From: Methylococcales bacterium
GTDB lineage: Bacteria; Pseudomonadota; Gammaproteobacteria; Methylococcales; JAZGGE01
DNA length: 36,555 nucleotides
Assembly: GCA_036480195.1 (NCBI GenBank)
Contig: JAZGGE010000287.1
Location: 1 to 36,555 of the forward strand
Direction of reading: 5' to 3'
Shown piece by piece: positions 1 through 10,868 of the stretch (position 1 is the stretch's first letter; the number at the start of each line of letters is the position of its first letter). The position numbers were made by a program, and so were the translations under genes. The notes below the pieces were generated by a model. It worked only from the letters and a program-made list of their open reading frames with translations. It made no database searches and had not been told where the DNA came from.

Positions 1-885
1 GTCTATCAGCTTTATCCACCCCCCTTTCAGGAGAAATCGCTTAAGGGACTTTACCTGGAACAAAAGCTTTACAAGTTAGGAACAAAAGATGAACCTTTTG
101 TCTATGCTAATTTCCTTTCCAGCCTTGATGGCCGAATCGCGGTGGATGATGTGAATAGTGGGAAGTCCTATCTTCCTGAAAAGCTGACGACGCCAGACGA
201 TTTCAGGCTATTTTTGGAGCTCCATGCCCAGGCTGATTGTTTGATTACCCATGGCGGGTATTTGCGGGCCTTGGCGGAAAAGCGGTTGGGAAATATTCTG
301 CAAGTAGGGCTATATCCCGATACCGAAGATCTCGTGTTTTGGCGACAGAAAAATGGACTGAAGCCGCAGCCAGCCATTGTAATTGCCAGTGCCAGCCTGG
401 ATTTTCCTATGCCAGGGAATATTCATCAGTTTGATCAGGAAATATTTATTGTCACCGGTAATAGGGCTGATCCACGTCGGGTGAAGTACTGGGAAGATAA
501 AGGTATTAGGGTGTTACGGGCAGGGTCTGGGCGATGGGTTGAGGGAAGGGCGTTGGTTCCTACCTTAAGTCATCTGGGTTTTAAGAGCATCTATCTTATC
601 GCAGGTCCATCCATGCTGGACACAATGGTTAGGGATCGTCAGTTAGCCCGACTCTATCAAACCATATCCCATCAATTAATGGGCGGTGAATCCTTTCATA
701 CGTTGCTACCTGGGCCGGTATTAGGTTCAGAAGGGACATTAAAGCTTAGTTACCTTTATTATGATTCTTCTTCAACTAACGGTGTAGGGCAGTGGTTTTC
801 ACAGTTTGAAATGTTTCCCGGTTCCAGTGATGATATAGTGAGTGAAGAAAAGGAAAACAATTTAACAAAAAATCTAAGAGAGTAA
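1..885 (+). CDS. RibD C-terminal/dihydrofolate reductase-like family protein (5' truncated by window edge)
   Basis: Frame is open from base 1 and reads ...PFVYANFLSSLDGRIA, a RibD_C-type N-terminal motif. IYLIAGPSML resembles the xEGG nucleotide-binding segment. Confidence 0.8.
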   Translation, partial: VYQLYPPPFQEKSLKGLYLEQKLYKLGTKDEPFVYANFLSSLDGRIAVDDVNSGKSYLPEKLTTPDDFRLFLELHAQADCLITHGGYLRALAEKRLGNILQVGLYPDTEDLVFWRQKNGLKPQPAIVIASASLDFPMPGNIHQFDQEIFIVTGNRADPRRVKYWEDKGIRVLRAGSGRWVEGRALVPTLSHLGFKSIYLIAGPSMLDTMVRDRQLARLYQTISHQLMGGESFHTLLPGPVLGSEGTLKLSYLYYDSSSTNGVGQWFSQFEMFPGSSDDIVSEEKENNLTKNLRE

Positions 886-889
886 GTGA

Positions 890-1900
890 ATGCACAATGT
901 AACCTTAATTAAAGGTGACGGGATTGGTCCCGCGATTATGGATGTTGCCGTGAAGATTATCGATGCTTCCGGCGTAGAGATTCAGTGGGAAGAAATGGAA
1001 GCCGGGATGGTTGCATTTGAAAAATACAGCAATCCACTTCCTGATACAACATTGGAATCTATAGAGCGGACTCGGATCGCCTTTAAAGGGCCATTGACGA
1101 CGCCAGTGGGAAAAGGATTTCGCAGTATCAATGTGGCTTTACGGAAGGAGTACGATCTTTTCGCCAACGTGCGTCCAGCGAAAACCTGGAAAGGAGCTCA
1201 GACGCGCTACGACAATGTGGATATTGTAATTGTCAGAGAGAATACCGAAGGTCTTTATATGGGGCTTGAACACTACATTGGCCATAAAAAGGATGTCGCC
1301 CAAAGTATTGCCGTTGCCACCCGGGAAGGGTCACGTCGAATCGTGGAATATGCTTTCAAATACGCTCGGGAGAACAACAGAAAAAAAGTAACTGTTGCCC
1401 ATAAAGCGAATATTCTCAAATATTTGATGGGTTTATTTCTGGATGTTGCGAGGGAAGTCGCCAAGGAAAATTCGGATATAGAATTCGATGAAATTATTAT
1501 AGATGCATGCTGTATGCGTATGGTGATGAATCCGGAGCAGTTTGACGTTATTGTAACGACGAACATGTTCGGTGATATTCTCTCTGACCTTGCGGCAGGT
1601 CTGGTGGGTGGTTTGGGGTTGATTCCGGGAGCCAATATCGGTTTTGATGCCGCTCTTTTTGAGGCCGTTCACGGTAGCGCACCGGATATTGCAGGAAAAA
1701 ATATTGCCAATCCCGCTGCAGTTATTATGGCGGGGGTCATGATGTTGAAACATTTGGGGGAAGACCAGGCTGCAGCACAAATTCAGAAGGCAGTGGAACA
1801 AGTGGTTGAAGAGGGAAAATACGTAACACCGGACTTAAACAAAGATTCAAAATATGGTACTTCGGACATGGGTGATGCAATCATAGCTGCAATGGGGTAA
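890..1900 (+). CDS. icd: Isocitrate dehydrogenase, NAD-type (isocitrate/isopropylmalate dehydrogenase family)
   Basis: Motifs GDGIGP, SINVALR, RENTEG, HKANI, NMFGDILSD and EAVHGSAPDIAG; 336 aa. Confidence 0.85.
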   Translation: MHNVTLIKGDGIGPAIMDVAVKIIDASGVEIQWEEMEAGMVAFEKYSNPLPDTTLESIERTRIAFKGPLTTPVGKGFRSINVALRKEYDLFANVRPAKTWKGAQTRYDNVDIVIVRENTEGLYMGLEHYIGHKKDVAQSIAVATREGSRRIVEYAFKYARENNRKKVTVAHKANILKYLMGLFLDVAREVAKENSDIEFDEIIIDACCMRMVMNPEQFDVIVTTNMFGDILSDLAAGLVGGLGLIPGANIGFDAALFEAVHGSAPDIAGKNIANPAAVIMAGVMMLKHLGEDQAAAQIQKAVEQVVEEGKYVTPDLNKDSKYGTSDMGDAIIAAMG

Positions 1901-1912
1901 GCAAGCAGGTAC

Positions 1913-2521
1913 GTGTCCCATGTACTGGATCTAAAAAAGGAGTTGAGGCAGAAGGGCTATAAAGTTCGTGCCTGTCAGCGTGACAAAGATAAGTTAAGCG
2001 GTAAAATTTGTGAACGGTTTATCGGGCAACCTGAATATCAACGTGCCAAGGTGGTCATGTGGTATCTTCACTGCCGGTCGGAGGTAAGAACAAGTTCTGT
2101 GGTTGAGGCTGCACTACAGGACGAAAAAACACTTGTTGTACCCTACTGCACTAAAGATGAGGATGGCAACAACAAGCTTGGTTTATGGCGGCTGGAAAGC
2201 TTCGAAGAGCTTGTGCCAGGAACGTGGGATATCCTCGAACCCCCACGAAATCGTTGGGCGGAACTGAATAAGGAAATCGGGCCTTCAGCGCTGGATATGG
2301 TCTTGGTACCCGGGGTGGCATTCGATCGGGACGGAGGGCGTCTTGGAAATGGTGCGGGATACTATGATCGCTTAATGTCCCAGGTCCGAGCTGATACCTT
2401 ACTCGTTGCCGCAAGTTACGAATCGCAGCTTTTTCCCAGAATTCCGATGGTGCCTTACGATGTTTTTATGGATAAAGTGATAACGGAAAAGGCGGTTTAC
2501 ACAGGTCGTGGGCGAGTTTAG
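1913..2521 (+). CDS. ygfA: 5-formyltetrahydrofolate cyclo-ligase
   Basis: KKELR N-terminus; VPGVAFDRDGGRLGNGAGYYDR signature. Confidence 0.92.
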   Translation: MSHVLDLKKELRQKGYKVRACQRDKDKLSGKICERFIGQPEYQRAKVVMWYLHCRSEVRTSSVVEAALQDEKTLVVPYCTKDEDGNNKLGLWRLESFEELVPGTWDILEPPRNRWAELNKEIGPSALDMVLVPGVAFDRDGGRLGNGAGYYDRLMSQVRADTLLVAASYESQLFPRIPMVPYDVFMDKVITEKAVYTGRGRV

Positions 2522-2527
2522 AAGGTT

Positions 2528-3697
2528 TTGGATCAAGAAGCTCTGAAGAATTCCGTACCGGAAACGCCAGCCTTTATCTATGATGAAGAATATATCCTTA
2601 GCCAGCTCAGAATATTGGCCAAACTACGGGGTAGTTCGCAGTTAAAGCTTCTTTATTCGATCAAATCATTCCCCTTTGCCGGTGTTCTCCGTCTTGTTCA
2701 GCCTGGGGTTGATGGTTTTTCAGTGAGCTCGGTTTTTGAAGCGCGGTTGGCGAGCAAGTTCATTCGGGGGGGCGAGATACATATTACAACGCCTGGGTTA
2801 CGTCACGGTGAAATGGATGAAATCGTACGCCTTTGTGATCATGTAAACTTCAATTCACTTGAACAATATCAACGTTTTTCGCCTGGAATATCCAGTAGTG
2901 TCCAGATTGGTCTAAGGGTAAATCCGCAACTCTCTTTTCTTAAAGACCCCCGGTTTGATCCTTGTCGCAGATTTTCAAAATTGGGAGTTCCTTTGCGAAG
3001 ATTGAAGGCAATCCCTTCGGATGACAAACTATGGCAAGGAATCCACGGGCTTCACTTTCATACTCTGTTTGAATCCAATTCATTTGATCCACTCTTGCAA
3101 ACTGTAGAGCGGTTGGAGAAAGAGATCCCGCATGTTTTGGATAAGTGTCGGTGGATTAACCTTGGGGGGGGGTATTTGTTCGATACGTGGAAGCAATTGA
3201 GCCCGTTGGCCGAAATTTCGACAAGGTTAAGAGAGCGGTGGGGGCTGAAGGTATACTTCGAGCCAGGAAAGGCGATTATGGGTAAGGCAGGCTATTTGAT
3301 TGCCAGTGTTATTGATCTTTTTAAAAGTGATGGTAGAGTAGTGGCTATATTAGATACTTCGGTGAATCACCTGCCGGAAGTCTTTGAGTATCAGTCCGCA
3401 CCAACCCTCGCGAGTGAGTGTTTACCGGGGTCGAATCGTGTTTTGATGGCTGGGTGTACTTGTTTAAGTGGAGATGTTTTCGGAGAATACAATTTGAAAC
3501 AGCCATTATCATTGGGCGACAGAATTGTTTTTTCCAATGTGGGCGCCTATAGTCTGGTTAAAGCCAGTCGGTTTAATGGTTATAATTTGCCAACAGTTTA
3601 TGCGCAACATGGAGAAGGGAAAGTAACATTGAAAAAACAGTATGATTACCGTGAATATTATACTCAATGGGTAGAGGAGGGAATTGACAATGAGTGA
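2528..3697 (+). CDS. nspC: Carboxynorspermidine decarboxylase-like PLP-dependent decarboxylase (fold type III)
   Basis: TPAFIYDE, YSIKSF (PLP lysine), GLHFH, NLGGG, FEPG, CLSGDVFG, FNGYNLP. TTG start is uncertain. Confidence 0.75.
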   Translation: MDQEALKNSVPETPAFIYDEEYILSQLRILAKLRGSSQLKLLYSIKSFPFAGVLRLVQPGVDGFSVSSVFEARLASKFIRGGEIHITTPGLRHGEMDEIVRLCDHVNFNSLEQYQRFSPGISSSVQIGLRVNPQLSFLKDPRFDPCRRFSKLGVPLRRLKAIPSDDKLWQGIHGLHFHTLFESNSFDPLLQTVERLEKEIPHVLDKCRWINLGGGYLFDTWKQLSPLAEISTRLRERWGLKVYFEPGKAIMGKAGYLIASVIDLFKSDGRVVAILDTSVNHLPEVFEYQSAPTLASECLPGSNRVLMAGCTCLSGDVFGEYNLKQPLSLGDRIVFSNVGAYSLVKASRFNGYNLPTVYAQHGEGKVTLKKQYDYREYYTQWVEEGIDNE

Positions 3698-4193
3698 TAT
3701 AGCAAACCTTTTTAAGACGTTAACTCATGGCATTTTTGTGATTGGTGTCAGCGATGGCAAAAAGCAAAACGCTTTTACAGCAGCCTGGGTTATGCAGGCA
3801 TCTTTTGATCCATTGATTCTGGTTTTGAGCATCAATCCCAACCATTCATCTTATGTATTATTGAAGGAAAGCAAGAGTTTTTCTGTCAATGTGCTGAATC
3901 ATCGTCAACGGGATTTAGCTGCTCATTTTGGCGGCCCAGCATCCTCAAATAAGCTGGCCAGTGTTGCCTGGCATAGAGGAATAGGCGATTTACCTGTTTT
4001 AGATGATGCCTTGGCCTACATAGAATGTATTTTTAGCCACGAAACTCCGGTGGGGGATCATATGTTAGTTGTGGGTAGTGTTGTCGGCGGAGCTATTATT
4101 AAAGGAGGTGAGCGACCGCTCGTTTATAGTGATCTGGGAGATATGGATGATAGTGCAAAATACTACCCAAAGGCATTTGCCACGTTAACTTGA
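3690..4193 (+). CDS. Flavin reductase-like family protein
   Basis: NAFTAAWVMQASFDP, FSVNVL and GDH motifs. ATG at 3690 follows GAGGAGG. Confidence 0.88.
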   Translation: MSDIANLFKTLTHGIFVIGVSDGKKQNAFTAAWVMQASFDPLILVLSINPNHSSYVLLKESKSFSVNVLNHRQRDLAAHFGGPASSNKLASVAWHRGIGDLPVLDDALAYIECIFSHETPVGDHMLVVGSVVGGAIIKGGERPLVYSDLGDMDDSAKYYPKAFATLT

Positions 4194-4196
4194 TAA

Positions 4197-5165
4197 GTGG
4201 ATGGATTCTATGCTCGTGATTTTCTGGAAACAAGCGAAGGACTGATTTTTGCTGTAGTCATTAATGGCGCAGATGAAAGCGGTGTCTATTGCTTTTTGAG
4301 ATACGTTGATGAGGACGATAGATATAGAAAAGTAACGACGCCCGAGGCAAACACCCGAATAGAGCGTTATCACCCGGAATATCTTTTCTACGCGAAACAG
4401 TGGGACACTTATCTTCACAAAATACCCCTGGATAGAATTCAAAACCATTTTCGCCCCAGAGAAAGGCTACAAGTGCTATTAGAAAGTGACCCTGCAGATA
4501 ACGTTGAGGCTAGTCTGATTGATCTCCTCCATATGCTCGAGAAACGACAGATAGACTTAGGGAGTCTGGGGGTAACTGGCTCTATTCTTATCGGAGCACA
4601 TTCAGAAAAATCAGATATTGATCTTGTCGTTTATGACAGGAAGGAATTCCATGGGCTTCGAAATATAGTAAAAAGTCTTATCGTAGAAAATAAATTGCAG
4701 GCATTAGATGATAATTTTTGGTTTAGTACTTATGAACGCCGGGGATGTGCTCTTGGTTTGAGTGAGTACATTTGGCACGAAAGACGAAAATACAACAAAG
4801 CAGTAATAAATGGGGTTAAATTTGATATTTCGTTTGTTGATACTAAGATGATTCCAGATATGACTCCTTATCGGAAATCAGGCAAAACGGTTTTGGTATC
4901 GACTATAACGGATGATCAATGGGCATTTGATTGCCCAGCACGGTATTTCGTTAGCGATGATAAAATCAAAGAAGTGGTGAGTTTTACTCCCACCTATGTC
5001 GGGCAGGGCAGGAAGGATGAGCAGATAGAGGCAGCGGGTTGGTTGGAGGTTTCTGAGAGTGGGCAACAACGACTTGTTATTGGATCCAGCCGGGAGGCAA
5101 CTGGGGAATATATAAAGGTTGTAAATCAATTCCCCGAAAATAAGAATGAGGAAAAGTTCGTATAA
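4197..5165 (+). CDS. Predicted nucleotidyltransferase (pol-beta fold, COG1665-like)
   Basis: GVTGSILIG...SDIDLVVY catalytic motif. N-terminal RDFLET..GLIF and C-terminal YVGQ...G.LE segments resemble archaeal-type members (family assignment from recall). Confidence 0.7.
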   Translation: MDGFYARDFLETSEGLIFAVVINGADESGVYCFLRYVDEDDRYRKVTTPEANTRIERYHPEYLFYAKQWDTYLHKIPLDRIQNHFRPRERLQVLLESDPADNVEASLIDLLHMLEKRQIDLGSLGVTGSILIGAHSEKSDIDLVVYDRKEFHGLRNIVKSLIVENKLQALDDNFWFSTYERRGCALGLSEYIWHERRKYNKAVINGVKFDISFVDTKMIPDMTPYRKSGKTVLVSTITDDQWAFDCPARYFVSDDKIKEVVSFTPTYVGQGRKDEQIEAAGWLEVSESGQQRLVIGSSREATGEYIKVVNQFPENKNEEKFV

Positions 5166-5320
5166 GACAGGAGGGCAGGATTGTTAAAGTAAGCCTGAGG
5201 TTTTGCTCCTTCATCAATGAGGAAGCGAAATATGATCCTACATTCCCCCAGGCTACTGCTACCGATTACGATTTCGGCATCATAGCAATGCTCTACGTAA
5301 CCGAAGGATAGCTGAACGTA

Positions 5321-5452
5321 TTATTCGTCGCTATCGCCAGGCTCTTTGAATACCCATTTCACGAAAAAATAGATAGCCGCAGCAATGACAATAGCGCCCG
5401 CGATACCGGACGGCTCTTTCAACATTTCTGTTAAATCAAGTATGGCTCCCAT
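5321..5452 (-). CDS. Small single-pass membrane protein, 43 aa (not in ORF track)
   Basis: MGAILDLTEMLKEPSGIAGAIVIAAAIYFFVKWVFKEPGDSDE*. SD-like AAAGGGG lies upstream of the ATG. Confidence 0.7.
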   Translation of the reverse strand: MGAILDLTEMLKEPSGIAGAIVIAAAIYFFVKWVFKEPGDSDE

Positions 5453-5525
5453 AAATTTTTACCCTTTAATTTGTAGTTGATAATAATAGAATCTATAGCT
5501 GATGTTTGATCGAACTATAAGCTAC

Positions 5526-5553
5526 ATAATAACTTTCTGATGTAGTAAGTCAA
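5526..5553 (-). promoter_or_regulatory. Candidate sigma-70 promoter for the 43-aa ORF
   Basis: TTGACT-N16-TATTAT on the minus strand, about 70 nt upstream of the ATG. Confidence 0.35.
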
Positions 5554-5626
5554 GGAATCTTTTTGTCTTGAAAAAATAGACGAGCGTAGGTTTTGAGCGT
5601 AAAAACATCGATTTTACAGCGATTGA

Positions 5627-5842
5627 TTAGATAGAAAGAACGAACTGTACAACGGTGTAAACGACGAGAACAAACACAATCGTCAATATTGCTCCAGCAA
5701 TGATGTAGGGTATGGCTGAATTGCCTTCCTGGAAGTCTTCTTCTAGGTTTTTTCTGCTTTGGATTCCAACGGCCGCGGCAATAACACTTTGAAAAATCCG
5801 TAGAATTGACTTACTCGTTGGTTTAGGTCGTTGAGTCATCAT
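5627..5842 (-). CDS. DUF2970-family small membrane protein
   Basis: FQSVIAAAVGIQSRKNLEEDF followed by a C-terminal TM helix. Start trimmed to ATG 5842. Confidence 0.8.
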   Translation of the reverse strand: MMTQRPKPTSKSILRIFQSVIAAAVGIQSRKNLEEDFQEGNSAIPYIIAGAILTIVFVLVVYTVVQFVLSI

Positions 5843-5912
5843 TGATTCCAGAGTAAAAAAATATCGTCGCGGATGCTCGTCCGCGACAGTTGCTTTTCTC
5901 ACGTATAGAAAA

Positions 5913-6281
5913 CTATTTTTTCTTAGTGAATTTTGATAGGGATGAAGGTATCTGTAATTTCCCCTTTAACAAATACTTGGCACGGACTGCCCATACCGCC
6001 AGTAGTCCAAAGATTGGCGGTGAAAGCTCCAGATAAATTGACCAGAAGCGCCCCATTATCCCTTGTGGAGCACCGTCAGAACGGTGACGGATAACGAGCA
6101 TGCTCACGTCATGCTTATCCCAAATGTGCAGGCCGACATTGAGCCAACCAACTAAGACCTGCACGAAAAAGAAAACGACGGCCCCGATTATAGCCCAGCG
6201 AATAGCGTTGCCTGTTTTATGATTTATCGATGTGTTAAACATCCAAATCGCTGCGAGAATAGTACAGATTCCACCAATCAT
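5913..6281 (-). CDS. Hypothetical membrane protein (about 3 TM)
   Basis: Hydrophobic segments; AAAGG upstream of the ATG. Confidence 0.7.
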   Translation of the reverse strand: MIGGICTILAAIWMFNTSINHKTGNAIRWAIIGAVVFFFVQVLVGWLNVGLHIWDKHDVSMLVIRHRSDGAPQGIMGRFWSIYLELSPPIFGLLAVWAVRAKYLLKGKLQIPSSLSKFTKKK

Positions 6282-6339
6282 AATATTACCTTTAAGTTAT
6301 TTGTTTGCTAAAAAAAGTGAACTTTATAATATCTGAAAC

Positions 6340-6426
6340 TAGCCTGTCTTTCCACTCATCCTCCATGTTGCTTAGACTGCTATCGCCTATTCGAGCATCT
6401 TTGAAGGTGAACAGAAATCCTGTGCC
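6340..6426 (-). repeat. Degenerate copy of palindromic element family E
   Basis: Minus strand CAGGATTTCTGTTCACCTTCAAAGATGCTCGAATAGGCGATAG...GCAACATGGAGGATGAGTGGAAAGACAGGC aligns by eye with the core of the 32150-32314 element. Confidence 0.6.
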
Positions 6427-6477
6427 AGTTTTGGTGTTATTCACTCCCGTTTCTACATGTTTCACTGACGCCGAAAA

Positions 6478-6882
6478 CTACTTCCTTCTGAAAATGTAAA
6501 AACCTGTGTTAACGCCTCTCATAAGAATCATGCTGTCTTCCTTTATCTCGTAAACGCTATAGGTATCCACTTTATTTGTTCGGCCAGGAACCGGAGACAC
6601 AATATTTCCATCTTTTATCTCATAAGTCATTTCTTGTGTTGTATTTTTCTTCAGGATGCGGTTATATCCACTACTACTCATTTTTCCGTCTTTGGTAAAT
6701 TCCCAGATTCGGTCTTCAGGAATTCTTTCTCCGCCTAGTGATCTGGGAGCGACCTCTTCCAATACCCATTTACCGATCAGTTTGGAATTGTCTTCGAGTT
6801 TTTCTACAGCAACCGCTACCGAAGAACAAATTATCGAAAGTCCAAAAAGTGTTGTATTGATTAGTGTCGATACTGATTTCAT
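6478..6882 (-). CDS. Exported lipocalin-like beta-barrel domain protein
   Basis: Signal peptide MKSVSTLINTTLFGLSIICSSVAVA; LIGKWVL motif; strong AGGAGGA SD before ATG 6882. Confidence 0.7.
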   Translation of the reverse strand: MKSVSTLINTTLFGLSIICSSVAVAVEKLEDNSKLIGKWVLEEVAPRSLGGERIPEDRIWEFTKDGKMSSSGYNRILKKNTTQEMTYEIKDGNIVSPVPGRTNKVDTYSVYEIKEDSMILMRGVNTGFYIFRRK

Positions 6883-7163
6883 TTTTTTCCTCCTAATGGC
6901 CTTCAAAACTTTAAGAGCCTGAACCCACGAGTTCAGATGCTTATTGAATGTGGCCTGTGTTTTTCTATGCCAACGATTTATGGTTGTTTGTTGCAGGCAA
7001 TCAACCCTGTTATTCAAAGCTATTCCTAGCTATCAGCATTATGACAACATTTGCTTTGCGCTGGCAACATGTAATGGTTTTTTTGGTGAACCTGGGGAGG
7101 CAATATTGTTTCAGTATTCCACAAGATGAAGATACAATAGAGTCCTTCCAAAAATATCAAGCT

Positions 7164-10100
7164 ATGATAATGACAACAACGAATCCCAGGTTTCCCCTGT
7201 TAGAGCAGCAGCTTAAGAACCGTATCCTGATACTTGACGGTGCAATGGGGACAATGATACAAGGCTACCATTTGGAGGAAGGTGATTATCGCGGTGATCG
7301 ATTCAGTGATTGGCCAAGTGATCTAAAAGGCAATAATGATCTTCTCTCCTTGACCCAGCCGGATATTATTAAAGCGATTCACAAAGAATATCTGAAAGTC
7401 GGTGTAGATATTATAGAAACCAACACATTCAACGCTACCCGCATTGCCATGGCGGACTACAAGATGGAGTCTTTAGCCTATGAAATAAACGAGATGTCGG
7501 CTCAGCTTGCACGTCAGGCAGCAGATGAATTAACAGCGCAGACACCTGATCAACCACGGTTTGTTGCCGGTGTCCTGGGGCCTACCAATCGAACTTGTTC
7601 AATATCTCCGGATGTAAACGATCCGGGTTTTCGTAATGTTTCCTTTGACGAACTGGTTGAAGCTTATCTGGAATCTATCGATGGATTGATAAAGGGTGGC
7701 GTAGATATCCTGCTGATAGAAACGATCTTCGATACCCTGAATGCCAAAGCCGCAGTATTTGCTGTGGAGCAATACTTCGACGATAATTCAGTTCGTCTGC
7801 CGGTTATGATCTCCGGGACAATAACCGATGCCTCAGGTCGAACGTTATCAGGACAGACGACGGAAGCCTTTTGGAATTCCCTGTGTCACGCCAAACCCAT
7901 TTCAATTGGACTCAATTGTGCCTTGGGGGCTAAAGATTTACGCCAATACATCGAAGAATTGGCGTCAGTGGCAGATACTTACGTTTCGGCTCATCCTAAC
8001 GCAGGTCTTCCTAATGCGTTTGGAGAATATGATGAAACACCGGAGGATATGGCGGGAGAAATCAAGGAATGGGCGACTAGTGGCTTCCTTAATATAATCG
8101 GAGGTTGCTGTGGTACCTCACCCGCACATATTTCAGCAATTCGCGAAGTTGTTCAGAATGTCGCCCCACGAAAGATTCCTGAACTGGAACGCCAGTGCCG
8201 GTTATCCGGTCTGGAGCCGATGCATATTGGCAAAGATTCTCTTTTTGTTAATATCGGTGAACGGACGAATGTCACTGGTTCTGCCCGCTTTCGCCGATTG
8301 ATTAAGGAAGGGGATTTCGATACCGCGCTTAACGTGGCCAGGCAACAAGTGGAAAATGGCGCCCAGATAATCGATATCAACATGGATGAAGGTATGCTGG
8401 AGTCACAGGAAGCCATGGTCAGGTTTCTGCTACTGATCGCCTCAGAACCGGACATCTCCCGTGTTCCGATTATGATCGATTCATCCAAATGGGAGATTAT
8501 TGAAGCGGGATTGAAGTGTATTCAGGGCAAAGGGATCGTCAATTCCATTTCTATTAAGGAAGGGGAAGAAGCCTTCATTCGTCACGCAAAATTAGTGATG
8601 CGCTATGGAGCGGCCGCCATCATCATGGCATTCGACGAGGAAGGGCAGGCGGACACTAAAAATCGTAAGGTAGAAATTTGCACCCGAGCCTATAAAATAC
8701 TGACCGAGAAAGTAGGTTTTCCACCCGAAGATATCATTTTTGATCCTAATATTTTTGCTGTTGCCACCGGCATTGAAGAACACAATCCTTACGGCCAGGA
8801 TTTCATTGAGGCCACGAGAGAAATTAAGGGTACTTTACCCTTTGCACTGGTTTCCGGAGGTGTTTCCAATGTTTCCTTTTCGTTCCGCGGGAACAACCCG
8901 GTTAGGGAGGCAATTCACGCAGTATTTCTTTATCACACTATCCATGTCGGCATGGATATGGGTATCGTTAATGCAGGACAACTAGCCTTATACGACGATA
9001 TTCCTTCCGAGCTCAAGGATCGGGTCGAAGATGTCATCCTCAACCGCCATCCTGATGCCTCAGAACGGCTTCTCGAGGTTGCCGAGAAATACCGGGGTGA
9101 TGGCAGTGTCGAGACAAAGAAGGAAGATTTGGCTTGGCGCGAACTTCCCGTAGAAGGGCGACTCGCCCATGCGTTGGTTAAAGGTGTTGCAGACTACATT
9201 GTAGAAGACACCGAAGAGGCTCGACAGCAAATGGATCGTCCGCTGCATGTGATAGAAGGGCCGCTGATGGATGGTATGAATATAGTCGGCGATCTTTTCG
9301 GCGACGGCAAAATGTTTCTGCCCCAAGTGGTAAAGTCTGCTCGGGTAATGAAGAAATCGGTTGCTTATTTAATGCCTTTTATGGACGCAGAGGATAGCGC
9401 CGGTCATCAATCCAATGGCAAGATATTGTTAGCGACAGTTAAAGGTGATGTTCACGATATTGGCAAGAATATTGTTGCAGTAGTTTTGCAATGTAACGGT
9501 TACGAAACTATTGATCTGGGTGTGATGGTACCGACTGAAAAGATTTTAGAAACCGCACGCAAGGAAAATGTCGATATTATTGGACTGAGTGGACTAATCA
9601 CACCTTCTTTGGACGAAATGGTTCACGTGGCCAAAGAGATGGAGCGCCAGGGGTTTGAAATTCCCCTGATGATAGGTGGAGCAACCACATCGCGGGCGCA
9701 TACTGCAGTCAAAATCGATCCTCACTATAGCGGTCCATCGGTCTATGTGGTTGATGCCGCACGTAGTGTTGGGGTTGCAAGCAGCTTGATCAGTGACGAT
9801 TTGAGAAAACCTTTTATGGCTGATTTAACAGTGGAATATGAAGAAGTCCGCAAGCGTCATCAAGGTCGTAAAACCGCTGACAAACTATTGAACCTGGTTA
9901 AGGCACAATCTAATAGATTTAATCCCGATTGGAGCGACTATACGCCACCAGTACCTGAATCGTTAGGGTGTAAGGTGTTCGACGAATGTCCTTTGGAAGA
10001 CATTGTGCCCTATATAGATTGGTCGCCGTTTTTCCAAACCTGGGATCTAATTGGCAGCTATCCCAAAATACTCGACGATGAGATCGTCGGCGAGCACGCG

Positions 10101-10868
10101 AAAACGCTATTGGACGATGCGAAGACGATGCTTAACCAAATTGTTGACGAAAGATGGTTAAAGGCTCGAGCTGTTGTTGGCTTGTTTTCGGCGGCTAGTG
10201 AAGGCAATGATATCGTTATTTTCTCAGATGAAAATCGGAATGAAAAACGGGCCGTGCTTCATCATTTACGACAACAGAACAAAAAACCTGCTGAACGGCC
10301 AAACTATTGCCTGGCGGATTTTATTGCGCCGCAGGATAGTGGCAAACCGGACTATATCGGTGCCTTTGCAGTGACCGCCGGCATCGGAATAGAGGAGCAT
10401 TTTCAACGCTTTGAGGCCGACCACAACGATTATCATGCCATCATGCTAAAGGCATTGGCTGATCGGCTGGCGGAAGCGCTTGCCGAAAAAATGCATCATG
10501 ATATTCGGACAGCCATCTGGAAGTACGCGGATGATAAAGATCTGTCTATGGAACAGATGATCAAGGAGAAATACCAGGGCATCCGTCCGGCACCTGGTTA
10601 TCCCGCTTGCCCGGATCATACTGAAAAAGCAACTTTGTTTTCTTTACTTGACGTCGAAGAACAAGCCGGTATCACTCTAACGGAAAGTTACGCCATGTAT
10701 CCTGCCGCTTCGGTGAGTGGTTGGTATTTTTCTCACCCCGACGCTCAATACTTCAATGTTGGGAAGCTTGGGCGAGATCAAATCGAAGATTACGCTCAGC
10801 GTAAAAGCTTGACTGTGAAGGAAACGGAACGATGGTTGTCAGCAAATCTGGCTTATGAACCTGACTAA
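7164..10868 (+). CDS. metH: Cobalamin-dependent methionine synthase
   Basis: [28 protein letters not shown] (B12-binding) and [12 protein letters not shown]. Start at ATG 7164 or 7170. Confidence 0.97.
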   Translation: MIMTTTNPRFPLLEQQLKNRILILDGAMGTMIQGYHLEEGDYRGDRFSDWPSDLKGNNDLLSLTQPDIIKAIHKEYLKVGVDIIETNTFNATRIAMADYKMESLAYEINEMSAQLARQAADELTAQTPDQPRFVAGVLGPTNRTCSISPDVNDPGFRNVSFDELVEAYLESIDGLIKGGVDILLIETIFDTLNAKAAVFAVEQYFDDNSVRLPVMISGTITDASGRTLSGQTTEAFWNSLCHAKPISIGLNCALGAKDLRQYIEELASVADTYVSAHPNAGLPNAFGEYDETPEDMAGEIKEWATSGFLNIIGGCCGTSPAHISAIREVVQNVAPRKIPELERQCRLSGLEPMHIGKDSLFVNIGERTNVTGSARFRRLIKEGDFDTALNVARQQVENGAQIIDINMDEGMLESQEAMVRFLLLIASEPDISRVPIMIDSSKWEIIEAGLKCIQGKGIVNSISIKEGEEAFIRHAKLVMRYGAAAIIMAFDEEGQADTKNRKVEICTRAYKILTEKVGFPPEDIIFDPNIFAVATGIEEHNPYGQDFIEATREIKGTLPFALVSGGVSNVSFSFRGNNPVREAIHAVFLYHTIHVGMDMGIVNAGQLALYDDIPSELKDRVEDVILNRHPDASERLLEVAEKYRGDGSVETKKEDLAWRELPVEGRLAHALVKGVADYIVEDTEEARQQMDRPLHVIEGPLMDGMNIVGDLFGDGKMFLPQVVKSARVMKKSVAYLMPFMDAEDSAGHQSNGKILLATVKGDVHDIGKNIVAVVLQCNGYETIDLGVMVPTEKILETARKENVDIIGLSGLITPSLDEMVHVAKEMERQGFEIPLMIGGATTSRAHTAVKIDPHYSGPSVYVVDAARSVGVASSLISDDLRKPFMADLTVEYEEVRKRHQGRKTADKLLNLVKAQSNRFNPDWSDYTPPVPESLGCKVFDECPLEDIVPYIDWSPFFQTWDLIGSYPKILDDEIVGEHAKTLLDDAKTMLNQIVDERWLKARAVVGLFSAASEGNDIVIFSDENRNEKRAVLHHLRQQNKKPAERPNYCLADFIAPQDSGKPDYIGAFAVTAGIGIEEHFQRFEADHNDYHAIMLKALADRLAEALAEKMHHDIRTAIWKYADDKDLSMEQMIKEKYQGIRPAPGYPACPDHTEKATLFSLLDVEEQAGITLTESYAMYPAASVSGWYFSHPDAQYFNVGKLGRDQIEDYAQRKSLTVKETERWLSANLAYEPD

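Noticed and set aside
5186-5260. Weak hairpin AGCCTG...CAGGCT between convergent genes, considered as an ncRNA
   Set aside because: Pairing is short and imperfect. It is more likely a decayed repeat or terminator.
6948-7163. 72-aa N-terminal extension of MetH in the ORF track, and a possible riboswitch in this leader
   Set aside because: Homology begins near MTTTNPRF. No recognisable cobalamin or SAM riboswitch core was seen by eye; an Rfam scan would be decisive.
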